From Pseudomonadota bacterium (lineage in GTDB: Bacteria > Pseudomonadota > Gammaproteobacteria > Pseudomonadales > Cellvibrionaceae), in assembly GCA_040386215.1 (NCBI GenBank), contig JAZKFX010000039.1, forward strand, positions 66,708 to 130,707: DNA of 64,000 bases, read 5' to 3'. Under the pieces are notes generated by a model. It was not told the origin of the DNA, did no database searches, and saw only the letters and a list, made by a program, of their open reading frames with translations. Position numbers and translations under genes: made by a program. This document shows positions 48,367 to 57,453 of this stretch, in pieces (the first letter of the stretch is position 1; the number at the start of each line of letters is the position of its first letter).

Positions 48367-49509
48367 ATGTTGACGATTTTATTTTGGATTTTAGGAATTG
48401 CCGCTGTTTACAGCTATTTTTTGTACCCCCTAGTATTAAAAGTCGTAGCGATGATTCGTGGCATCCAGACGGTTCAACCAATCGAGTCAAATACTCCTGT
48501 TTTTATGACATTGATTGTGACTGCTTATAACGAAGAGAAACGTATTCGCGAAAAAATTGAAAATACTTTAGCCATTCATTTTGATGCAGAGCGACTCGAA
48601 TTGATAGTCGCTTCAGATTGTTCGGAAGATGCAACCGATTCGATTGTGGCGGAATATGCAGATCGCGGTGTTCGACTGGTTCGTGCGGCCGAACGTTTGG
48701 GTAAAGAAAATGCACAATTAACAGCGATCAAACAAGCAAAGGGAAATGTGTTAGTTTTCTCTGATGTTGCCACGCAAATCCCTAAAGACGCACTGATTAA
48801 ATTGGAACGCTATTTTTTAGATACTTCTATAGGAGCAGTTTCTAGCGAAGATCGTTTTGTCAGTAAAGATGGCTCGGTGGCAGGCGAAGGAGCCTACGTA
48901 AAATACGAAATGTGGCTACGCAAACAAGAGTCGCAACTGGCGGGCTTGGTGGGCTTGAGTGGTTCCTTTTTTGCGGCGCGCAAAGAAATTTGCCAGGAAT
49001 GGGATATTCATTGCCCCAGCGATTTTAATACGGCATTAAACGCGGTTAAAGGGAAGTTAAGAGCCGTTAGCGCACCTGATGTTTTAGGTTTTTACCAGGA
49101 TTTACAAGATCCCACCAAGGAATATCAACGCAAAATCCGCACGGTAATAAGAGGCATGACCGGCTTGTCGCGCCACAGACAAGTAATGAATATTAACCAA
49201 TATGGCTTTTTTGCTTTGCAAGTTATTTCGCATAAATTAATGCGCTGGCTAGCGCCTTGGTTTTTTATTTTGTTTTTTATCATTTCTGCGTTGGTCGCAA
49301 ACCAGGGATTTATTTATGCTTTAGCTCTTATTGGACAGATTTTGTTTTATGGCATAGCTTTAGCCGCACAGTTTTTACCGAATCTACGCGAAGTAGGTTC
49401 GATTAAATTAATTTATTTTTTCGTACAAGTTAATATTGCTTTGCTGGATGCTGCGGTTAAGTTTCTTGCTGGGCAGAGAATGACAACATGGAAACCTTCT
49501 GCGCGTTAA
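48367..49509 (+). CDS. Glycosyltransferase family 2 (membrane-anchored, IcaA/CESA-like)
   Basis: IVTAYNEE, VASDCSED, FSD, EYQRKIRT, SHKLMRW; N- and C-terminal TMs. Confidence 0.9.
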   Translation: MLTILFWILGIAAVYSYFLYPLVLKVVAMIRGIQTVQPIESNTPVFMTLIVTAYNEEKRIREKIENTLAIHFDAERLELIVASDCSEDATDSIVAEYADRGVRLVRAAERLGKENAQLTAIKQAKGNVLVFSDVATQIPKDALIKLERYFLDTSIGAVSSEDRFVSKDGSVAGEGAYVKYEMWLRKQESQLAGLVGLSGSFFAARKEICQEWDIHCPSDFNTALNAVKGKLRAVSAPDVLGFYQDLQDPTKEYQRKIRTVIRGMTGLSRHRQVMNINQYGFFALQVISHKLMRWLAPWFFILFFIISALVANQGFIYALALIGQILFYGIALAAQFLPNLREVGSIKLIYFFVQVNIALLDAAVKFLAGQRMTTWKPSAR

Positions 49510-50642
49510 TTCGCGGTGATTTAGCCCCTGCGGGCAATAAAATTTTGTTAGCAAAAAATGCTAATTCACTTGCCTACCAGATCGCGGGCTACTACGCCGC
49601 ATGGGTAGACTCTGGAACTTCTGCGTTAGCCTTGGCACTTGCCGACGCGAAGGCTAAAGCTCCGCATATAAAAAATCCGAGAGTTATTATTCCCGGTTAC
49701 TGTTGCCCTGATTTGGTTGCAGCCGCAGTTTACGCAGGAGTAAGGCCACTTGCGGTAGACATCGATGGTGCTGATGCAGGTTACAATTTGGATGCATTAA
49801 AAAGTGCTTTAAATTCAGACATAGTTGCTATTATTGCTGTAAATTTTTTAGGCATTAAAGAGCGATTGGCAGATATTCGTGCAATGTTGGCGAACACGCA
49901 CACCAAACTTATCGAAGATAACGCACAGTGGTTTCCCGCAAGCGCAGAGCAACATGACTTTTCATCAGACTATGTTTTATTTTCATTTGGCAGGGGGAAG
50001 CCCTTAAGCTTACTTGGTGGTGGTGTATTGTTTTCGAAACAAAAAATTATTACCGCGGCTTTAGTGCAACAAGTCCCTAATACTTCATTCACTAACGCGC
50101 AGCATGCGATAAAACTACGTGCCTTTAATTTACTCTTACAACCGCATTTATATTGTTTTTTGAATCGTGCACCGTTTTTGCGATTAGGCGAAACTTTATA
50201 TCATCCGCTAGCAACAATTAGTGCTATGGATGAATTTCGCAATGCATTATTTTCCGCGAACTTACATTTTCATCAACGTAAAAATAAAAATATTGAGCGG
50301 GCTTATGATGAAATATGTACAGCCTCTAAAACGCAGCAATTACAATCCTTAAAAACACTGCGGAGGCAACAACTATTACGTTATCCATTATTATGCAGCG
50401 ATTCCAACAGTCGGGACAATTTATTACGTAAAGTAAATATGGCTGGGCTTGGCGGGTCACCCTTGTATCAACGGTCTATTGTCGAAATTCCCGGCATTAG
50501 TGAATTGATTGATGTACATGAAGAACTTAACAATGCACAGCAATTTGCAAAGCGTCTTTTAACTTTACCTACTCACGAATACGTTTCTCCAAAGCATATT
50601 CAGCGTATTAAAAATATTTTCGACCAACAGTTATGTAATTAA
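49488..50642 (+). CDS. DegT/DnrJ/EryC1/StrS-family PLP-dependent enzyme
   Basis: SGTSAL, PGYCCP, LIEDNAQ (PLP Asp), SFGRGKP (PLP Lys), LLTLPTH. Confidence 0.85.
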   Translation: METFCALIRGDLAPAGNKILLAKNANSLAYQIAGYYAAWVDSGTSALALALADAKAKAPHIKNPRVIIPGYCCPDLVAAAVYAGVRPLAVDIDGADAGYNLDALKSALNSDIVAIIAVNFLGIKERLADIRAMLANTHTKLIEDNAQWFPASAEQHDFSSDYVLFSFGRGKPLSLLGGGVLFSKQKIITAALVQQVPNTSFTNAQHAIKLRAFNLLLQPHLYCFLNRAPFLRLGETLYHPLATISAMDEFRNALFSANLHFHQRKNKNIERAYDEICTASKTQQLQSLKTLRRQQLLRYPLLCSDSNSRDNLLRKVNMAGLGGSPLYQRSIVEIPGISELIDVHEELNNAQQFAKRLLTLPTHEYVSPKHIQRIKNIFDQQLCN

Positions 50643-50658
50643 TTATTCAGCAAGCTCT

Positions 50659-52110
50659 CTACATTTTGCGTTCGTTAAATTTATTGAGCTGCCAATCTTG
50701 TGTAACCTTTTTTATTGCAACGATTTCCTCACTGCAATCTACCGCGCACCTAGCTTGAACTACTACCAACCCAAAAAAGTTTTCTCCCAATAATTTTGCT
50801 TTTAATTGTAGCAACTTCGCCAGCCTATATGAATCCGTAGCACTATAGCCAACATTGAATTGATATAATAACAATATTTTTTGCGACGAATTAATATTTT
50901 TAAGCAACATTAATTCAAAGTCATGAATTTCAATAAGATGAGTTTGATCTGTTCGCACCCAGTCCTCTGTGGGATACACACTTTGTAGATAAGGAACTAA
51001 TTTTTCCGAGGGAGATAAAGGAGTATATTTTGCCAGGTCCATTCGTATTAAAACTCCATCGACAGAAAAAATACGCCTGGAGTTTTCAGTCTGCTCTGGA
51101 AAGCTAACAGGAATCCAAGCTGCTGACTTTTCACCTATGTCATTTAAAGTTAAACCATGCAAGTTAATTTTATTGCTGGATAATTCAGCCTGCAACGTAC
51201 CCCAAAACAGCAGCGGTCCTAGCAACAAAGCCAATGTTGGCACTAACGGCTTACACTTGGAGACCCTGACACTAAATTCAATATTCTTCCGAACAATGGG
51301 CGCCCAGTAGATGGCGGGCATGATGATGAGCATAAATAAAATCCAACCAAACATTTCATGATCATGCATCAACTTACTTTGCATATCAGAATGGTAACCT
51401 ATCAATACCAGTAAAAATATTCTTATCCAGTTGGTGAGTAACCCCAATCCAATAGCACATAAAATTGTAAGGATACCCTGGCGTCGACTGTAACCGTTCA
51501 TTAAACAAATAATGTAAGCCAACAACAACGTGATGCTTAAATAACGTAACCCCGAACAACCTTCTGCGATGGTTATTCGACCGCTTGGGATCAAAATATT
51601 ATTACCCTCAATAACTGCAGTTAATTTGACTGCGTCAACCAATGCACCTACAACAAAACTACTCAGTAAGACTAACTGATCAGTAAGTGATGATAGGATT
51701 GGAACAACAAATAAAAGCAAACCAAGAAAGGGGAAAAGATCTATCGCTGTTTTTACAGAAAAGCATGCTGCCAAATAAATTGTCAGTACCGCAATTAACA
51801 ACAATGCGCTAATAAGCTGTATGTTAATACTCTGAAATAAGTACCAAATAAATGAAAATAGAGCGAGGGCTGCGGTTAAAAACCAATAAATACTGTCTGA
51901 ATTTCTTGTCTGTGATATTGGTCTAACCCGCCAAATTAAAAAAACAAAAATGACAAGCGTGGGCAAACCATGACTTAAATCTTGATTTAATTTAAGCCAT
52001 CGAACAAAGAGAGGAGCAATGGAGGGGGAAAAAAGACAACTTACTAAAACGACTAAAGTAAGTATAGTGAGGCTGGCTTGCTTCTCTTGCAACTTCGTAA
52101 GCAAACCCAT
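50659..52110 (-). CDS. xrt: Exosortase (EpsH) with C-terminal EpsI-like domain
   Basis: SHG, IAEGCSGLRY (Cys), NWIRI (Arg), HE.FGW (His); about 8 TMs followed by a soluble domain. Confidence 0.9.
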   Translation of the reverse strand: MGLLTKLQEKQASLTILTLVVLVSCLFSPSIAPLFVRWLKLNQDLSHGLPTLVIFVFLIWRVRPISQTRNSDSIYWFLTAALALFSFIWYLFQSINIQLISALLLIAVLTIYLAACFSVKTAIDLFPFLGLLLFVVPILSSLTDQLVLLSSFVVGALVDAVKLTAVIEGNNILIPSGRITIAEGCSGLRYLSITLLLAYIICLMNGYSRRQGILTILCAIGLGLLTNWIRIFLLVLIGYHSDMQSKLMHDHEMFGWILFMLIIMPAIYWAPIVRKNIEFSVRVSKCKPLVPTLALLLGPLLFWGTLQAELSSNKINLHGLTLNDIGEKSAAWIPVSFPEQTENSRRIFSVDGVLIRMDLAKYTPLSPSEKLVPYLQSVYPTEDWVRTDQTHLIEIHDFELMLLKNINSSQKILLLYQFNVGYSATDSYRLAKLLQLKAKLLGENFFGLVVVQARCAVDCSEEIVAIKKVTQDWQLNKFNERKM

Positions 52111-52245
52111 AGTGCCACCTTAAAAATCATGAATATTGCTATACTCGATCATTAATGGCAACCTGACTAAAGACCTAAGGCAACAAAAATAGATTAGAGA
52201 AAATACACATTTAAGTATTTTCTCATTTAACATCAATAATTCTAG

Positions 52246-53085
52246 CTAGTTTATTGTGACAAAGTCGCTATAGAGGCCGGACTCGTCATATACAGCGATT
52301 TCAAATTTCAAACCTATAGCAGATTTATCAAATACATATTTTGTTGTCGAGTTTCCTTCAATTGTAATGTAGCTGAACGTCGTAGCTGTAGGTGCTTTAT
52401 AGCGAATTTGGTAGCCGCCTATCTCTGATAACTCCAGGTAATCTCCATTTTTACGAGCCGCCGGTTGTCTCCACTCTATGGTTGCTCCTAAAGCGCCTGC
52501 CTGCTTACTGCTTGCAGATTTACTACTTAAGGCAATACTGCTTGCCGCTCTACTACTTAAAGCGGTACTACTTGTTGCTCTACTACTCAAAGCGGTACTA
52601 CTTGTTGCTCTACTACTCAAAGCGGTACTACTTGCTGCTCTACTACTCAAAGCGGTACTACTTGCTGCTCTACTACTCAAAGCGGTACTACTTGCTGCAC
52701 TGCTACTTAAAACCAGAACATCAGCAGCTTTACCAATCACGGCACTGTTAATGCTCGCCTGGTTATTTGAAACGACATTTACGATTGATTTACTAACCTG
52801 GCTACTAGGTGAGGTACTAGTTGCAGCTTTACTTGATTTACTACTTGCGAAAGCGATAACTGGGCTGCTACTAGCTGGGATATTAGATTTGCTGCCAACA
52901 GCTGCACTTTTCGAAGCAAGGTTTATGGGCGAAACCGATCTTTGAAGCGAGCCCACCCCTAGCGAAACCTCCGCGACTGGATCTTCAGTATCTCGTGCTT
53001 TCTCGCCACCACAAGCAGCAAGAACAAGCGACATTAGTATGCTAACACTGACAACTTTAACGCGAGCAAAAGTACGAGGATCCAT
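52246..53085 (-). CDS. Lipoprotein with Ser-rich tandem-repeat stalk and C-terminal fibronectin-III-like domain
   Basis: Lipobox LAAC; STALSSRA[AT]S repeats; ATIEWRQP..R.NG..L..SEIGGYQIRY...YKFEIAVYD..GLYS. Confidence 0.78.
   Translation of the reverse strand: MDPRTFARVKVVSVSILMSLVLAACGGEKARDTEDPVAEVSLGVGSLQRSVSPINLASKSAAVGSKSNIPASSSPVIAFASSKSSKAATSTSPSSQVSKSIVNVVSNNQASINSAVIGKAADVLVLSSSAASSTALSSRAASSTALSSRAASSTALSSRATSSTALSSRATSSTALSSRAASSIALSSKSASSKQAGALGATIEWRQPAARKNGDYLELSEIGGYQIRYKAPTATTFSYITIEGNSTTKYVFDKSAIGLKFEIAVYDESGLYSDFVTIN
52531..52710. repeat. Coding tandem repeat, 6 x 30 bp
   Basis: Unit AGCGGTACTACTTG[CT]TGCTCTACTACTCAA at 52561, 52591, 52621 and 52651, with more diverged copies at 52531 and 52681. 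Confidence 0.95.
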
Positions 53086-53297
53086 TTTTTATACCTAAAC
53101 TAGTAAATTTTACCTGTCCGACTTAAGCCAACTTCAGCTGCCTTAATCCTATAAATATCGGTATAGCAGTGTATCGAATGATCTAACATGCAATTGCTAG
53201 CTATTTCACAATTTCGAGAATGAGTATTCAAAATTTGTGATAAACATGTCAGATACCAATTGAACTAGTTATTTCGATTTGATATATAGCGTGTTTT

Positions 53298-54692
53298 TTA
53301 CAAGTGGTCAGAGTTGCCTTCTGAGTCGGAAACGCTAGGTAACAACATATCGAATTTCTTAATTAGATCGTAAAATGTTGGGCGAGTAATGCCGAGCAGC
53401 TTAGCCGCTGCAGATATGTTGTTGTCGGTCATGCTAAGCGCTCGTAAAATTGCATTCCTTTCCGCTTCCTGACGCACATGACGCAAATTTAGCGATAAGT
53501 TTTCCGCTTCAGCCAAACCGAGATCCTCTCGTCCGATATTTTTGCTATCAGCCATAATCACCGCGCGCTTTATTTTATTCTCCATCTCGCGAATATTGCC
53601 GGGCCAGCTGTAACCTTCAATGGCTTCAATAGCGTCAGGGGTAAATCCAGTAATGTGCTGGGCGTGCTCTTTAGCAAATTTGTTTTTAAAGTGGCGAGCC
53701 AGCAGCACCTTATCGCCCTGCCGAAACCTCAAAGGTGGAATTTCCACGGTCATTTCGCAAATACGGTAAAAAAGATCTTCACGGAAGCTGCCGTCGCCAA
53801 CCATTTTTTGTAGATTCTTATTTGTCGCACAAATCACACGTACGTCAACCGGAATTTCGTTGCGCCCACCGACTCGCTCAATAACTCGCTCTTGTAAAAA
53901 ACGCAATAATTTTGCCTGAAGATTCAGCGGCATGTCGCCAATTTCATCGAGAAACAGAGTACCTTCATGAGCCGTTTCAACCTTGCCAATGGTTAGCTTA
54001 TTAGCACCGGTGAAGGCACCTTTTTCGTAACCAAACAGCTCGCTTTCAATTAAATTCTCCGGTACTGCAGCACAATTGATGGCGATAAACCGTTTATTTT
54101 TTCGTGGGCTCAGCTGATGAATTCCACGCGCCATAACTTCCTTGCCAGTGCCGCTCTCACCTAAAAGGGTACAGGTAACCGTCGTAGGGGAAATTTTTTC
54201 TAGTTGTCGGCAGATCTTGAGCATATGGGGATCATTGGTAATAAGACCCTCAAGTGGTTTTTGAGCAGTAATTTTAAGGCGTCTGTTCTCAGTTTCTAAA
54301 GCAAAAATGGTAAATGCACGCTGCACAATTAAATCAAGTGTGTGCGAATCTACCGGCTTTTGATAAAAATCATAAGCACCTAAGCCCACCGCTCTAATTG
54401 CATTTTCGTGATCAGTTTTGCCAGTCATCACGATGATTTTGCATGTCGGGGCAATTCGTAAAATATCCTGAATGCATTTGAAGCCTTCATCAACACCGTC
54501 TTCGTCGGGAGGCAAGCCTAAATCTTGAATGATCACCGAAGCCTCATGTAACCGTAAAGCGGCAATGGCGTCCTGACGATTTTCAGCAAACACAGTTTCA
54601 TACTGATCAAAATGCCAACGTAATTGACTTTGCAGCCCCAGATCATCTTCGATAATTAAAAGAATGGGTTTTTGATTAAGCTCTTTGTTCAT
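53298..54692 (-). CDS. prsR: PEP-CTERM-box sigma54-dependent response regulator
   Basis: IIEDD, QDLGLPPDED, GESGTGKE, GAFTGA, FLDEIGD, WPGNIRE, C-terminal Fis-type HTH; adjacent to prsK. Confidence 0.92.
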   Translation of the reverse strand: MNKELNQKPILLIIEDDLGLQSQLRWHFDQYETVFAENRQDAIAALRLHEASVIIQDLGLPPDEDGVDEGFKCIQDILRIAPTCKIIVMTGKTDHENAIRAVGLGAYDFYQKPVDSHTLDLIVQRAFTIFALETENRRLKITAQKPLEGLITNDPHMLKICRQLEKISPTTVTCTLLGESGTGKEVMARGIHQLSPRKNKRFIAINCAAVPENLIESELFGYEKGAFTGANKLTIGKVETAHEGTLFLDEIGDMPLNLQAKLLRFLQERVIERVGGRNEIPVDVRVICATNKNLQKMVGDGSFREDLFYRICEMTVEIPPLRFRQGDKVLLARHFKNKFAKEHAQHITGFTPDAIEAIEGYSWPGNIREMENKIKRAVIMADSKNIGREDLGLAEAENLSLNLRHVRQEAERNAILRALSMTDNNISAAAKLLGITRPTFYDLIKKFDMLLPSVSDSEGNSDHL

Positions 54693-54700
54693 TGAGATGA

Positions 54701-56752
54701 CTATTCCAACTTATTAAGTGGTATTGATATGGTTATGGTGGTGCCTTCGCCAACGCTACTCATTACATTCAACGTACCCTTGAGCTCACTAATATATTCC
54801 CGGGATAAGTAAACACCTATTCCCATGCCCTTACCCGACTTAGTGGTTTCAAACGGTTTAAACAAGCGGTTCTGAATAAAATCCCAATCCATACCCGAAC
54901 CATTATCTTCGATAGTAATCACAGCCCAATCATCAAGGCACGCGAGTGTAACATGCACCTCTCCCTCTCCTTCTGTAGCTTCCTGCGCATTTTTGATGAA
55001 GTTCGTAATAGTCATCACCAAACGCACTTGATCTGCATTGAGTGTGCGTGAGTATTGCTTAATTTTCGCATTGATCTTTAAGTTACTGTGGCGACACTCA
55101 GAGACCGCCTGCTCAACAACATCCGTAATATTTATGCGTTTTACTAAATCAGATTCATCGCGTCGCAACTTCTTCAACAAATTATTCATCCGGTCAACGG
55201 AATTGCTAATAGTCTTAAAAGCATCCTCTACAAAAGCAGGGTTGTCCTTATGCCTTTCCGCATTTTTTAACATGAGTGCTTGTTGCGCGATGAGGTTGTT
55301 TAGATCATGAATAATGAAGGCAACCAACTTATTGTATGTATCAAACTGTTTACTTTCTGCTAACTGTTCTGCTTGTTGATACCGCTTTAAATAACTAGCC
55401 AACTGCCGACCGATGGTCTTAAGTAGGTCAAGATCTTCCCAATTGAGGGCCGTGTCATCCTGGGGATTGGTTAGTGCCATAAACCCAACCAATTCTTCAC
55501 CCACAACGAGCGGAAATATTAGCCATAAATTGGGAAAGCTGCGAGCCCAAGAGGGGAGCAAATTATTATTATGACCAATAGCAGCGTTGTCACTACCGTC
55601 AGGGAAGTAAACCCACTCAGACTCCAACAGCTCACGGCAAAAGGGGCTATTAGCTGGCTCCTCTTGTAAAACCACCAAGCTCGATAAATTGAGCTGATAT
55701 ACGGGTTCGTAAAAGCCCTGCTTTAACAGCCAGATAGCGCCACCTGGAGCGTGAGTGGTAGAGGCGACCGCAAAAAATGCACGCTCATTCACTTCACTGC
55801 TCTCGGCCGGTTCCGCTAAATAATTGATAATCCTTAACCATTCACTCCGATAATCATATTTATGATGAAATAAATGTTTATTTATGAATACTGAAAGCTG
55901 CAATCGGAGCCGGTCAGAAACAAAAACCGTTGCCATTATGAGGGCTACTATCACGAGCGCAAAACCGTAAATAGCCGCGCCCCAGTTACCTCCGTATAGC
56001 TGTATGTAATATCCCACAACAGAAAATAGCGTAATTAATATGCAGATGGCGATTAAAGAGGTGGTATAAAAAGCAATAGGCCGCGAAATGTTGAAATTAG
56101 CTGTTCTGGTTGATTGTTGCAAAGGCACTAATCCACCCAAAGCCATAAACAAGCAAGTGACAATGGACACCGCTGCTCGCGACTGCCACAAGGGTGGATA
56201 AACCTCCTCCTGAAAAATAAGGAGATGTGTATATCGGTACACGTCATAAATAAAAATTGCCCCCAAATTCATGCAAAGTAATTTAATTTGGCGATCATTT
56301 ACTGCGGCGTAACGATAAAGTTGCTCAACACTTACCAAGCTTATGACCGCAAGAACTAGTGCACACCACGGCGCCAACAAAAATACTTTCTCATTAGCAA
56401 CCAACGTAACAATCAAAATTATTACTGTCAGTGGCCAACCTAAACCGAATAGCAGCTGAAGACTGGGGGGCAAATGTTGTTGGTTGCTGTGATTACGTAA
56501 CGAGAGAGCTATAGCCAAAATCCAGCCGTTATAATGTAAACACTCCAAAAAAGGTAAGTATTTTGGCGAAAGCATATCGCCATTGAAAGACATGACTATG
56601 GCTATCAAATATAAAGTGTGTAGCGCTGCGGCAAGGGTAAATGCATAACCACGCTGACGATGACAGAATTGATAAAAATAAATTATCGTAAGTAACGCAG
56701 CGACAATGGCGGCACTGAAGTAGGCAGTGAAAGTGACGCTAGCAAATTCCAT
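54701..56752 (-). CDS. prsK: XrtA/PEP-CTERM-system histidine kinase
   Basis: N-terminal multi-TM region, NKHLFHHKYDYRSEW, GAF-like middle, AFIIHDLNN H-box, FKPFETTK, GMGIG. Start uncertain (56752 chosen; 56791 possible). Confidence 0.9.
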   Translation of the reverse strand: MEFASVTFTAYFSAAIVAALLTIIYFYQFCHRQRGYAFTLAAALHTLYLIAIVMSFNGDMLSPKYLPFLECLHYNGWILAIALSLRNHSNQQHLPPSLQLLFGLGWPLTVIILIVTLVANEKVFLLAPWCALVLAVISLVSVEQLYRYAAVNDRQIKLLCMNLGAIFIYDVYRYTHLLIFQEEVYPPLWQSRAAVSIVTCLFMALGGLVPLQQSTRTANFNISRPIAFYTTSLIAICILITLFSVVGYYIQLYGGNWGAAIYGFALVIVALIMATVFVSDRLRLQLSVFINKHLFHHKYDYRSEWLRIINYLAEPAESSEVNERAFFAVASTTHAPGGAIWLLKQGFYEPVYQLNLSSLVVLQEEPANSPFCRELLESEWVYFPDGSDNAAIGHNNNLLPSWARSFPNLWLIFPLVVGEELVGFMALTNPQDDTALNWEDLDLLKTIGRQLASYLKRYQQAEQLAESKQFDTYNKLVAFIIHDLNNLIAQQALMLKNAERHKDNPAFVEDAFKTISNSVDRMNNLLKKLRRDESDLVKRINITDVVEQAVSECRHSNLKINAKIKQYSRTLNADQVRLVMTITNFIKNAQEATEGEGEVHVTLACLDDWAVITIEDNGSGMDWDFIQNRLFKPFETTKSGKGMGIGVYLSREYISELKGTLNVMSSVGEGTTITISIPLNKLE

Positions 56753-56943
56753 AACTTTGACCAAACTCTTAGTTTTTATTTTCTGCAGCATAGCATTGAG
56801 GCGAGATAGAACAAAATCTCGCTTTGAAGCAACATAATCTCTTTCCAAGCTTAAAGATTGGCACATATTTAATAAATAATTGGTTATAATGCCCCCGTCG
56901 CGCCCACTCTAAAAGCGCAAATCATAACCATGAGGAAAAAGAC

Positions 56944-57375
56944 GTGAAAAAGTTATTAAGTATGTTGATGGTTGCTAGCGTAATGACCCTTTCGGGCATT
57001 GCTTACGGCGAAACTAAAGCGCCTGACTCTAAATCGACAGACGCTGTGAAAGAACGTATAGCTCCAGTGGGCAAAACATGTAAGGCGGGCGAAGCTTGTG
57101 CTGGCGCACCCGCTGCTGCTGCAGCTCCGGCCAAATCAGGTAAAGATGTTTACACCGCATCATGCGCTATGTGCCACAACCCTGGATTAATGAACGCGCC
57201 GAAATTTGGCAACGCGGCTGATTGGGCTCCCCGCATTGCAAAGGGTATTGAAACTTTGAATACTCACGCTATTTCCGGTTTTAATACTATGCCTCCAAAA
57301 GGCACTTGTGCAGCATGTACCGATGCCGAACTTAAAGCTGCTGTTAAATATATGGTAGATGGCAGCAAAAAATAA
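56944..57375 (+). CDS. Cytochrome c5
   Basis: Signal peptide, RIAPVG, CAMCH haem motif, AP.FG...DW.PR, MPPKG.C. Confidence 0.92.
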   Translation: MKKLLSMLMVASVMTLSGIAYGETKAPDSKSTDAVKERIAPVGKTCKAGEACAGAPAAAAAPAKSGKDVYTASCAMCHNPGLMNAPKFGNAADWAPRIAKGIETLNTHAISGFNTMPPKGTCAACTDAELKAAVKYMVDGSKK

Positions 57376-57401
57376 TTAGTCATAATTAATAAAAGCTAGT
57401 T

Positions 57402-57435
57402 AATAAGGCCAAGAGTGCGAACTCCTGGCCTTATT
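57402..57435. terminator. Bidirectional terminator between cytochrome c5 and rep
   Basis: AATAAGGCCA...TGGCCTTATT 10-bp stem. Confidence 0.7.
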
Positions 57436-57453
57436 TGTATGTGTTTTGCATAA

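Noticed and set aside
52531-52710. Possible CRISPR array
   Set aside because: The repeats are head-to-tail with no spacers, in frame inside a CDS, and there are no cas genes.
52392-52945. Two + strand ORFs with Leu/Ala or YYLLLYYSKR repeats
   Set aside because: They are antisense shadows of the 30-bp repeat in the minus-strand lipoprotein, which has a lipobox and a folded C-terminal domain.
53192-53207. Minus-strand TAGCTAGCAATTGCA as a sigma54 promoter for the lipoprotein
   Set aside because: There is no GG at -24 and the spacing is one base short.
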